Assembly (NCBI RefSeq): GCF_006345805.1 | Contig: NC_043019.1 | Span: 27,465,360 to 27,529,359, forward strand | Source: Octopus sinensis | Lineage: Eukaryota | Direction: 5' to 3' | Length of the DNA stretch: 64,000 nucleotides | Shown here: positions 25,180 to 36,521 of the stretch, piece after piece | Layout of the letters: each line of letters opens with the position of its first letter | Position numbering within the stretch: position 1 is the stretch's first letter | Made by a program: the position numbers and the translations under genes | The notes under the pieces: generated by a model | Seen by the model: the letters and a program-made list of their open reading frames with translations, nothing else | Database searches by the model: none | What the model was told of the DNA's origin: nothing

Positions 25180-26352
25180 GCCTGGTGCAGCCTTCTGGCT
25201 TCCCAAACCCCAGTTGAAACGTCCAACCCATGCTAGCATGGAAAGTGGATGCTAAACGATGATGATGATATATATATATAAATCGAAATCTCTCAACATC
25301 AATGGAAATTGTAGCTGAGATACCAGTGCCAGTGGCACGTAAGAGAACCGTCCGAACGTGGCTGTTGCCAGCCCCGCCCCAACTGGCCTCTGTGCCGGTG
25401 GCACGTAAAAAGCAACATCCGATTGTGGCCGTTGCCAGCCTCGTCTGGCCCCCGTGCCGGTGGCACGTAAAAAGCACCATCCGATCGTGGCCGTTTGCCA
25501 GCCTCGTCTGGCACATAAAAAGCACCCACTACACTCTCAGAGTGGTTGGCGTTAGGAAGGGCATCCAGCTGTAGAAACACTGCCAGATCAGACTGGGCCT
25601 GGCGCAGCCTCCTGGCTTCCCAGACCCTAGTTGAACCGTCCAACCCATGCTAGCATGGAAAACGGACGTTAAACGATGATGATGTGTGTGTGTGTTTATC
25701 TTTGTCCCCCCACTATTGCTTGACAAATGATGTGGGTGTGTTCACGTCCCCGTAACTTAGCGGTTCAGGAAAAGACACTGATAGAATAAGTACTCGGCTT
25801 ACAAAGACTAAGTGTTGGGGTCGATTTGTTCGACTAAAAGGCGGTGCTCCAGCATGGCCACAGTCAAATGGCTGAAACAAATAGAAGAAAAGAATAAAAA
25901 GAATATATGTGTGTGCGTGTGTGTGTGTGTGTCCTATATTTTATACAATATTTCTCTCTCTGATGTGTATATGTGTTAGTGCATGTTTATATATATTGTG
26001 TTGACCATACCAACCATGTATTTTTTTGTTCATTCCACTCACACTTCATTTATTAACACCATTTGCTCCAGTATCTGTACTTTGTACTTGACTGCTAATC
26101 CTCTCTGGAAACACCTACTGTCAGTGAAAATAAAAAGCTTTGCTGAAATAAGCCCTTTTACTAGAAGAAAGAGGTAATTAACTAGTTTGATCCAACTGAA
26201 CACATCACCCTTCTCTCCTTTTCTCTCTATCTCTCTCACACACACTATACTATTAATGATTTCTTCTGTCTAGGTACAATACCACAAATGGGGTGTTAGG
26301 TTACATAGTGTCGATTGATTCAACATGTCAGTTTATATCAGTAGTAAGTATA

Positions 26353-27173
26353 CAAGGTCTGATCAATAAGTATTCGGATTGTTGCCATAGTAATGAAGTT
26401 AAAGCATGCTGAGTGAAGCCTGTTTAGCACAGATTGACCTTGGACTCTGCTGTGCACGCGCATTTCCACTGTTTATAGCAGTGTTTGGAATGAAGATGTG
26501 TAGCATGTGATCGACACATTGACCATGAGAGGGAAAGTTGTCATGGCGATAACCTGCTCAGAGGCTGACGTAAAGTTGCAGAAAGCGTATGAGCCGCACA
26601 CAGGTGGATGAGTGGTTCAGATGTTTCCTAGATGGCTGAAAAAATGTTGATAGTGATGAATGTTCTGGGAGATCCGCAACCAGCAGAACTGAGAAAAAAC
26701 ATTGTAGATGTGTATGCAGCCGTGAGGGGAAACCCTTGATTCACCATCCATGAGTTATCAGAGGATGTGCAGTTTAATTACGGTTCAGTGTCTGCCAAGT
26801 TTGTGCTAAAACTGCTTTCAGCTGACCAAAAGGACACTTGGGTTTTTAGTTGTACAAGATCTCCTTGATTGTGTCGAGAATGATGAAAACTTTTTGAAAA
26901 CTTTGCATGGGCCTCTGAGCAGATATCGCCAAATTTTGGCAACATTTGATGCAGATTCTCTGCTCAACTTTTTCTGTCATGGTCAATGCAATGATCACAT
27001 ACTACACATGTTCCTTCCAAGCACTGCTGTAAACAGCGAAAGGGAGCTACAATGTTAAAACTTAGTGCGCATGCACAACAGAGTGCCAAGCAGCTTCACT
27101 GTGCGTGCTTTACTCTGCTTGCTTTTGCTTCATTACTATGGCAACAGTCCAGATAGTTATTGATCAGACCTTG
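26353..27173 (+). mobile_element. Mariner deletion derivative, 821 bp
   Basis: ~50-bp TIRs caaggtctgatcaataa...ttgccatagtaatgaag, TA TSDs, and transposase remnants (ELSEDV..YGSV..SAKFVLKLLSADQK; QDLLDCVENDENFLKT). Confidence 0.85.
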
Positions 27174-28069
27174 TATATTTTCTGTTTATATTATTTAGTT
27201 TATATTTTGTACAAGGAATGGCAAATGTGAACTCAGAATGTAATGGGATACAAGTGGCACTGGTATTTGGTCCCTTCATGTTCAAATCTGACTTGAGTTG
27301 ATGTTTGATTGTGAAATCCTTTGATCCCATATTTCAGATGAAGTATACTGCCTTTGCTCCAGTCAATTTGAAAAGTAACAAAGTAGGCACGGCTGTGTGG
27401 TAAGAAGCTTGCTTCCCAACCACATGGTTCTATGTTCAGTCCCACTGCATGGCACTTTAGGCAAAGTGTCTTCTATCACCTTGGGCTGAATCAAAGCCTT
27501 GTGAGTGGATTTGGTAGACAGAAAATGATACACACACACAAGTGTATATCCATGTGTGTGTGTCTATGTTTGTCTCCCAACACCACTTGACAACCGGTGT
27601 TGGTATGTTTATGTCCCTGTAACTTAGTGGTTCTGCAAAAGAGACATAGAATTATCACTAAGCTTTAAAAAATGAGTCTTAAGGATCGATTTGTCTGACT
27701 AATACCTTTCAAGGCGGTGCCCCAGCATGGCTACAGTCAAACGACAGAAATGAGTAAAAAGTTGTGTGTGTGTAGGATTATAGTCCCATGACAGCCAATT
27801 CTTAATATTGAAGTTTCATGCTGATGACCTTCCAGAAACACAGAAGTAGAATTTATCGACTCTGAAAGGATGAAAGGTAAAGTTGACCTTGGCAGAATTT
27901 GAACTCAGAACGTAAAGACAGACAAAATAGCACTGAGGATTTTGCCTGGCTTGCTAATGATTCTGCCACCTCAAGCATAAATGAGCTGCGTTGCTCAACA
28001 GCTACAACAGTGATACTTAGCTGTAGATGTATATAGTTACTCTACAATAATATTTGACCTACTCAAGAT

Positions 28070-28910
28070 GGCGAGCTGGCAGAAACGTTAGCATGCTGGG
28101 CGAAATGCGTAACCGTATTTTGTCTGCCGTTTTGTTCTGAGTTCATATTCCACCGAGGTCGACTTTGCCTTTCATCCTTTCGGGGTCGATAAATTGAGTA
28201 CCAGTTAAGCACTGGGGTCGATGTAATCGACTTAATCTGTTTGTCTGTCCTTGTTTGTCCCCTCTGTTTAGCCCCTTGTGGGTAGTAAAGAAATAGGTAT
28301 TTTGCCTGTCTTTATGTTTTTAGTTCAAATTCCACCGAGGTCGACTTTACCTTTCATCCTTTCAGGGTTGATAAATTAAGCACCAGTTGCATACTGGGGT
28401 CGAGCTAATCGACTGGGTCCCCTCCTCCAAAATTTCGTGCCTTGTGCCTAGAGTAGAAAAGAATATATGGTACCAAAGATAAGGCAGTGAGCTGGCAAAA
28501 ACATTAGCACACTGGGCGATATACTTAGCCGTATTTTGTCTGCCGTTACGTTCTGAGTTAAAATTCCGCCAAGGTCGACTTTGCCTTTCATCCTTTCGGG
28601 GTCGATAAATTAAGTACCAGTTACGCACTGGGGTTGATATAATCGACTTAATTCCTTTGTCTGTCCTTGTATGTCCCCTCTATGTTTAGCCTCTTGTGGG
28701 CAATAAAGAAATAAGAAACATTAGCACACCGGGTGAAATGCTTAGCAGTATTTCGTCTGTCTACTTCTGAGTTCAAATTCCACTGAGGTCGACTTTACCT
28801 TGCGTTCTTTCGGGGGTTGGTAAATTAAGTACAAGTTACGTACTGGAATCGATCTAATCAACTGAGCCCCCTCCCTCAAAATTTTGGGCCTTGTGCCTAG
28901 AGTAGAAAAG
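28070..28910 (+). mobile_element. Cluster of tRNA-derived SINE family B copies (ggcgagctggcagaaacgttagc...ctttcatcctttcggggtcgataaattaagtacc)
   Basis: Three to four head-to-tail copies here. Others at ~23840-24070(-), 33113-33345, 43340-43740, 53600-54790, 60180-60400 and 62070-62570(-). Confidence 0.8.
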
Positions 28911-29355
28911 AATATTTGACTTGCTCTGTCATACTCAACAGTATTTGATCTGTTCTGTCACACTCGAATGGAAGTATTACTCAAAAAAAGCAATATTTGA
29001 CCTACTCTACCACACTTAAGTTGAGTGTTATTCAACAATATTTGACCTGTTCTGCTAAACTGGAGTGGAGTATTACACAGTATTTGGCCTACTCTGTCAC
29101 TCAACAACAATTTTGGCCTATCCTGCCACACTCAAGAAGAGTGTTACTCATCAGTAACATTTGACCTATTCTGCTACACTCAAGTGTGATATTCCTCAAT
29201 AACAATATTTGACCTTTTATCATACTCAAGTAGTGTTACTCAACAAGATTTGATCTGCTCTGCCAAACTCAAGTAGCTTTACTCAACAACAATATTTGAC
29301 CTACTCTGCCACACTCAAGTGGAGTGTTACTCAACAACATTTGACCTACTGTGTG
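28910..29355. repeat. ~48-bp minisatellite, about 9-10 degenerate copies
   Basis: Unit approximately aatatttgacctactctgccacactcaagtggagtgttactcaacaac, with no unique spacers. Confidence 0.85.
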
Positions 29356-30184
29356 TCATATCCAAAATCTTCCTTCTTAAACTGCCTACTATTTGTAGCT
29401 TGTTGGCTGAACAATATGTACTGACCTTAGAGAGGTCACTGTGAGGTTAGTGAAGTAGGTGGTGTTCGGGTGAGGGTGAGAGGGCTCTGTTAATGATAGG
29501 AAAATAGCCAAATAGCCCTTGGACTCTGTGTGTTAGAGAGAGAGAGAGATAGGAGAAAATCACTATGCTCAATTTAGCTCACCTGTGTTGTGTGGTAGGT
29601 GAGAATTAACACACACACATACACACACACACACACACAGCTAGAAAGCAAAGAGAGAGGTGAAGCCAAACACAGACAGACAGAAGGGAGGAGAGAGAGA
29701 GAGAGAGAAGGAAGTTAGTGTGGGCAAGAAAAGATAAGGAATGGTTGATTGGGAAGAAAAGAAGAGAGAGATGGAGGAGGAGGGGAAGGAAGAATTAGTG
29801 GTGGCTGGAATGAAGAGAAATATAGAAAGAATGAATGAGGAGTAGGAAGAGAAAGGAAAATAGATAGTGGTGGGAGGTGGGGGTGGATAACTGTAAAGGA
29901 TTGTATGTGGAGAGAGAATAGGAAGTCAGCACGGAAGGTGGTGGTGGAGGAAGTAGTGATGGTGGTGTCTAAGGTTGTTATTTTTTTTCCTATTGGTTTC
30001 CTATATGGTACTTCAGTTTGTATTTGATTCATAAAAAAAAAAAAAAAAGCTCTCGTCTTTGACATGAATAACTCTATAGGCAGGCAGGTAAGCTGATATT
30101 CCCACCTGACTACATCAAATACTATTATTACTGATTTCTGAGTAAAAATGCCTGGAATATTTTTGTTTGTTTTGGTCACATATA

Positions 30185-30450
30185 TATCTATCAGCTCAGT
30201 CGAAAGTCCACTCTCGGTTACTCGTTGGATCAGTGTCCTCCAGTCAGTTCTATCCTGAGCCGCTTCTTTCAGATTGGCTATGTCCATTCCGGTATCACTC
30301 TTGATGGTGTCAAGCCAGCGGGTTCTTGGTCGGCCTCTTCCTCTCTTGCCACTGACCATTCCGAGGATGATATCCTTCTCCAGGGATTTCCTCCGCATAA
30401 CATGACCGAAATATGCCAATCTATGTTTGGTGATCCTAGCTTCTAGCGAC
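30185..30450 (-). mobile_element. RTE-BovB-like LINE 3' end
   Basis: YFGHVMRRKSLEKDIILGMVSGKRGRGRPRTRWLDTIKSDTGMDIANLKEAAQDRTDWRTLIQRVT matches the BovB-type C-terminus (YFGH.MRR..SLEK..MLG..EG.RRRGR...RWLD). Confidence 0.85.
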
Positions 30451-31023
30451 TTTGGTCACATGGCGGCCCTTAAATAATTCAGCAAGAATCATCCTACTTT
30501 AGTCAGCCACGAACATTCTAGCAAGAACCTCGGTGCGATTTTTACCCACTCGAGAAATTATTTGAAACAAAGACGGTGTATTTCAAAAGAAATAAGTTAA
30601 CAAAAGGGTTAAGAAGGTAGTTCATGAGTGTTGAATATGAAGGAGATTTGGTTGCTATTTCTAGCAGGTTGAGTAACTATGTAAAACAGTTGTTCACAAC
30701 TGGGGTCCGTATGGCCCCTGAGGGTCTATATACATTTTTGGGGCGAGGGTTAGTAAATTGGGGATCCACAATAGAATTTGAAGGGCCCCTGAAAAACTGT
30801 TGCTTTAGATGTATACTCTTACTCTTTACTCTTTTACTTGTTTCAGTCATTTGATTGCGGCCATGCTGGAGCACCGCCTTTAGTCGAGCAAATCGACCCC
30901 GGGACTTATTCTTTGTAAGCCAAGTACTTATTCTATCGGTCTCTTTTGGCGAACCGCTAAGTGACGGGGACGTAAACACACCAGCATCGGTTGTCAAGCA
31001 ATGCTAGGGGGACAAACACAAAG

Positions 31024-31084
<61 letters not shown>

Positions 31085-31875
31085 CACACACACATATATA
31101 CGACAGGCTTCTTTCAGTTTCCATCTACCAAATCCACTCACAAGGCATTGGTCGGCCCGGGGCTATAGCAGAAGACACTTGCCCAAGATGCCACACAGTG
31201 GGACTGAACCCGGAACCATGTGGTTGGTTAGCAAGCTACTTACCACACAGCCACTCCTATGTATTGTTATGTATTGCAAGAAACAGCTGGGTATCTTTCT
31301 CTAGCATTTTACATAGTTGAACCTACACCTAGTTAATGTGTGAAAAACAAAATAGAAGTTTTGAAAGAAGTATCTGCAAAACTAGTTTTTAAGCATCCAA
31401 TGGCTATGGGGTGGGGTCCACTAGAGTAAAATAGTAATCAAAGGGGTCCATAGATAAAAAAAAAAAATGGTTGGAAACCCCTGTAGAGGTTTCCAAATTG
31501 TTGTGAAGGCTACAAGTGATGAAAAATCGCTCGAATACACCACAACGTTTGAACCTTTTTGAACTTTTTCTTTCTCTATTTTCTCTTAATCTGTATGTAA
31601 CTCCAAAAGTTTGTTTACCCCTTTAGTGTTCAGATTAATCTGTTAAATGTAATACTTTTTTCACTCAAATTATTTCCAATTAATCATGCATTATCTTACA
31701 CTTTGAAGTTTCAATGGTATGATAGTTTATTCTTAGAATGTCAATGTAGGTTAGGTGTGAGGGGCTGGATATGGCTAGTTTGAATGTAAAACATGTTGGA
31801 TATTTGGGCCGGATATGGCCGGCTTAAACACCAAAGGGTTACTCTCTCTATTCATTTCCTCGTGTTCCATTCTGC

Positions 31876-31911
31876 CATTCTGCTGAAGAGCATAGACTCG
31901 AAATGTAAAAG
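31876..31911 (+). ncRNA. Variant minimal hammerhead motif in a Penelope 3' end
   Basis: CTGCTGA-a-gagc[atag]actc-GAAA-tg-ta-aaag; homologous to 40514-40550. Confidence 0.4.
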
Positions 31912-32186
31912 ACTTTCTCACATTCCTGAGCATCAAACTAATACACCTGCTTGTTGTTTATACACTTGTCTTTGTCTTTTGTTTTTCTGTAAATTTCAAC
32001 TATATATATATATATATAGGAGTGGCTGTGTGGTAAGTAGCTTGCTTACCAATCACATGGTTCCGGGTTCAGTCCCACTGCGTGGCACCTTGGGCAAATG
32101 TCTTCTACTGTAGCCTTGGGTTGACCAAACCCTTGTGAGTGAATTTGGTTGATGGAAACTGAAAGAAGCCCGTCGTATATATGTAT

Positions 32187-32238
<52 letters not shown>

Positions 32239-32500
32239 TTGTCCTCCCCCTCAGCATTGCTTGATGTATGCATTTTTAAAAAAATAATTTTAGTTGATCC
32301 CTTTTATATAAAAATCTTGATTTTGTATGCAATGCATAAAAAAAAAATGACTTTTTGGTATTGGTTATAAGTATGGTCTGTTGTTGTGCTTGATTGACTG
32401 CATTCTTGTGTTGGAGCTTTTGTGTCTTACTTGATGTTATACTGGTACAAGCTTTTTAATTTTCAGATAATTCTTTGTGTATTCCTTTCATTCTTGAAGG

Positions 32501-32830
32501 TGCATGGCTCAGTGATTAGAGTGTCAAGCTTACGATTGTAAGGTTGTGAGTTCTATTCCTGGACCGGGCTGTGTGTTGTGTTCTTGAGCAAGACACTTTA
32601 TTTTATGTTGCTCCAGTTCACTCAGCTGTAGAAATGAGTTGCAACGCCACTGGTGCCAAGCTGTATCGGCTCCTTTGCCTTTCCCTTGGATAACACTAGT
32701 GGCATGGAGAGGGGAGGCCGTTATGCATGGGTAACTGCTGGCCTTCCATAAACTACCTTGTCCGGACTTGTGCCTGGGAGGGTAACTTTCTCGGTGCAAT
32801 TCCATGGTCATTCATGACCAAAGGGGGTCT
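32501..32830 (+). mobile_element. tRNA-derived SINE, family C
   Basis: tRNA-like head ggtgcatggctcagtgattagagtgtc...gagttctattcc. Its 3' half recurs at 44710-44890. Confidence 0.7.
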
Positions 32831-33569
32831 CCCCCACTTCCATTCATTCTTGAACTAGAGACCATAAGATAGAAGTAACCATGGACAAAACTACATCCAC
32901 AATCGCTGAAGGATGTTAGCCTGCTGCCATGAGAAAACCTTACATGACATTAGCAACTGAAATCTGAACAATAATAATTAAAATGTGTTTTTTTTTTGTA
33001 ATACTCACTACTCCCCTATGAGCACCTGTTCTGAAGTACAAAGAATTTAGGAACCCTTCTTGACATTGTATATAAAGACCTTATTCATAGGTTGTCAAGT
33101 GGTGGTATGAAAAAGGCGGCGAGCTGGCAGAAACGTTAGCATGCCGGGCGAAATGCTTAGCGGTATTTCGTCTGTGTTACGTTGTGAGTTCAAATTCCGC
33201 CGAGGTCGACTTTGCCTTTCATCCTTTCGGGGTCGATAAATTAAGTACCAGTTACGAACTGGGGTCGATGTAATCGACTTAATACCTATGTCTGTCCTTG
33301 TTTGTTCCCTCTGTGTTTAGCCCCTTGTGGGTAATAAAGAAATAGGTATAAAAAAGGAAAGTTGGAAGCTGTGGTCGGATCAGAGGAAATGGTGTGATCT
33401 TATAGTTTTAAGCTATGTAACTGAAGTTCACCTCTCTGACATTACCAAAGATTGGAACTAATTCTTATAAACTTTACGATTAATGCATTTTAATTAATAT
33501 ACCCCCTTCCTCCCAATTTGATTGATCTAATTTGGTTTTGTTTTTTCTGCTTCTTGTTTTCAGTCCAAA

Positions 33570-33645
33570 ATGGATAAACTAAAAATAAATATCCGTGCAG
33601 TCTTACAGAGTGCTAAGAATGGAGTGGAGGCTTCAAATTTTGAAG
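33570..33645 (+). CDS. TDRD7: TDRD7 coding exon 1 (MDKLKINIRAVLQSAKNGVEASNFE)
   Basis: Pyrimidine tract and CAG acceptor ending at 33563; ATG in caaaATGg context; G|gtaaat donor, phase 1. Confidence 0.88.
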
Positions 33646-36478
33646 GTAAATTGTTTTTTTAAGGTATTAATCATCTAGGTAAGGCAGTGGTGGTGGTGGC
33701 TGAGACTTTGGTTTGAAGGTGAGGGCTTTATACCAAAATTCTTAGCTCTTTATTGTTCATTCTGTGTGCCATGCTGAATCACCCTGAGAACTATGTTAAC
33801 CCTTTCGTTACCAACCGGCTGAAACCGGCTCTGGCTCTGAGTGCAAATGTCTTGTTTGCATAAGTTTTGAATTAAAATCTCTCACTAAACCTTAGTCACA
33901 ATTTATGTTCCTAACACTAGCTGAATGATAACTAAGTTATTTTACTAAATTCTTTGTTATATTTAACCCTTTTGATACCAACCCGACTGAAACCGGCTCT
34001 GGTTCTGAGTGCAAATGTCTTGTTTGCATAAGTTTTGAATTAAAATCTCCCACCAAACCTTAGTCACAATTTATGTTCCTAACACTAAATTAATGATAAC
34101 TAAGTTATTTTACTAAATTCTTTGTTATATTTAAAATTAATTGAAAGAAACACAGAGCATCTCAAAATAAATACAGTAACGAAAGGGTTAAGGTTATGCA
34201 TGTCTGTGGAGTGCTCAGCTACTTCATTATCATCATCATTGTTTGATGTCCGTTTTCCATGCTGGCATGGGTTGGATGGTTTGATAGAGTTAGCGGCTAC
34301 ACCAGATCAGATTGGAGCCTGGTGCAGCCACTGGCTCTCCAGACCTCAGTCAAACTGTCCAACTCATGCCAGCATGGAAAATAGACATTAAACGACGATG
34401 ATGATGATGAGGCTGTTCCGTTGATCGGATCAACTGGAACACTCTTAAAGGCATAACCGGCAGAGCGCCAGTTAATTTTCCCTGTTACAGTGATTGACCC
34501 TGTTTTATAAATTTGTATATTTTCCAATGAATTTGTTTGGGTGATCAATTTTATGGTCTGGAGTCTCACTTCACTATCAACTTATTACTGCTAGCAACAA
34601 CAACAACAACAGCACACTGCAGACTGTCACTCTCTCCTCTTTCTTAACCATCTATACATACAGACATCTAATCCTCATGTAACATCTGACACCTTGTATT
34701 GTTTTCATAAACGGATTTCCGAAACTTTCTTCAGTGATGATATAATGACTTAATCTCCTTCAACCACACAGAGATACAATCACTACACATGCTAAGCAAA
34801 CAGTCCTGTTATCCCAACCTGTCTCTTCAGTTATCTGTGACACAATGGAAGCCCTCACCTGCTATAAACACAAGAGCTCACAATCTCTATCAAGTCTTCC
34901 ATGGTGACTTCTATTTTGTAAACCAGACTCTCTTTTTAGCACGAACACACGACACACACACGAACACGCATACACACACACAAACACACACACGCACTCA
35001 CACAAGCACACACACAAACACACATGAACCCACATGGACACACATGAACCCACACGGACACACAAACCCACATGAAAACACCCACAAACATACACATACA
35101 CGCAAACACACACACCTGTAACTGCTGCTGTTGCACATACATTTAGAACAATGGTTCTCAACTGTGGCTTCCAGGGACACATGTGGCCCTTGGTTTTCTT
35201 TCTATAAATACAATAAATTTTCCTTTAAATGACTTGTAGCTTACCATTTTTGGTGTGGCCCACTAAAAAAAAAATCCAGGTTTTAGATTTGGCCCAGATA
35301 TTCCCCTATTTCTTCTTGCTACCCTTTGTATTGCAACTGCAGTGCTCACTGTTCCTCTAAAGCAGACAGTTTCTTATCCCCTCGACCCAGGTGCTCCTTA
35401 GTCACCCTTCTTACCTCTTCTAATTCCTCTTCTCTGTCAACCCCATCTGTGTATTAGACCTCTGCCTACAAATGTTTAAACTGGACATTAACCTCTCTGT
35501 CTACCTGATCCACTCAAGACTTTGGTTGGCCTGGTGCTATTTAGAAGACACTTGCCCAAGGTGTCACTTGGTGGAACTGAACCCAAGACCATATGGTTGG
35601 GAAGCAAGCTTCTTAACCATAGCCATGCCTGTTACACATAGGTGTATGTCTTACCATCATTTAAGCCCTTTTTACTTGTACTTGTAGCGACATTTACCCT
35701 GGGCGGGTTGAGTCGACTTCTTCTCATGGAAGAAGTTTCGTGGGGATATGTGGATTTCACAAGCGGTCCCCAACAATCCTGCATGTAGAGACATCCTGTT
35801 TGCCACAGATTGCCCGCAGACACAGGGACAGAACAACCGAAGAGCCGCTGGTTGCTGAAACAGACACTCCGAGGATTTTCACTAGAGCCCCGTCTGCTGG
35901 GTTGTGGCCCTAATACCACTCGGTGTCAGACCAATCTGCCTTGGGTCTGAAGTTCCCGACGGCATAGCTCTGACACTACCCATTGGCAGTGTCCCACCAC
36001 GGTGAGGAGGGGATGGACTTTGGGGACGCATTTAAGCCCTTCGTTACCATATTTCTTTAAAACTACATTGCCTTTGGTTCAACAAATTTTGAAAATATTG
36101 AAGAATTTAGTTAAAAAAAACTTTGTCATTATTCAGCTGTTGTTTGGGATATAAATTAACATGGAATTCTGATGGAAGATTTTAATTTACATCACTTTAA
36201 AACGTGGAACTTGTACCATAAGAACCAGGGGCAGTCTCAGACAGGTTGATATCAAAAGAGTTAATGTCCCTTTTTTCCATGCTGTGGGTTGGATGGTTTG
36301 ACAGGAGCTGGTAAGGCTGGAAGCTGTACCAGGTTCCATTGTCTGTTTTGGTCGGATGCTCTTCCTAACACCAACCTCTTTTGAGAGTGTACTGGGTACT
36401 TTTTCTGTGGTGCCAGCACTGACAGGATCGCCTGTGTGAGTGTGTGGGTGTGTGTGTGTGTGTGTGTGTGTTTGTATA

Positions 36479-36521
<43 letters not shown>

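Noticed and set aside
29715-30419. 234-aa minus-strand ORF
   Set aside because: Only the first ~75 aa are meaningful (BovB-like LINE C-terminus). The rest is read-through into low-complexity DNA.
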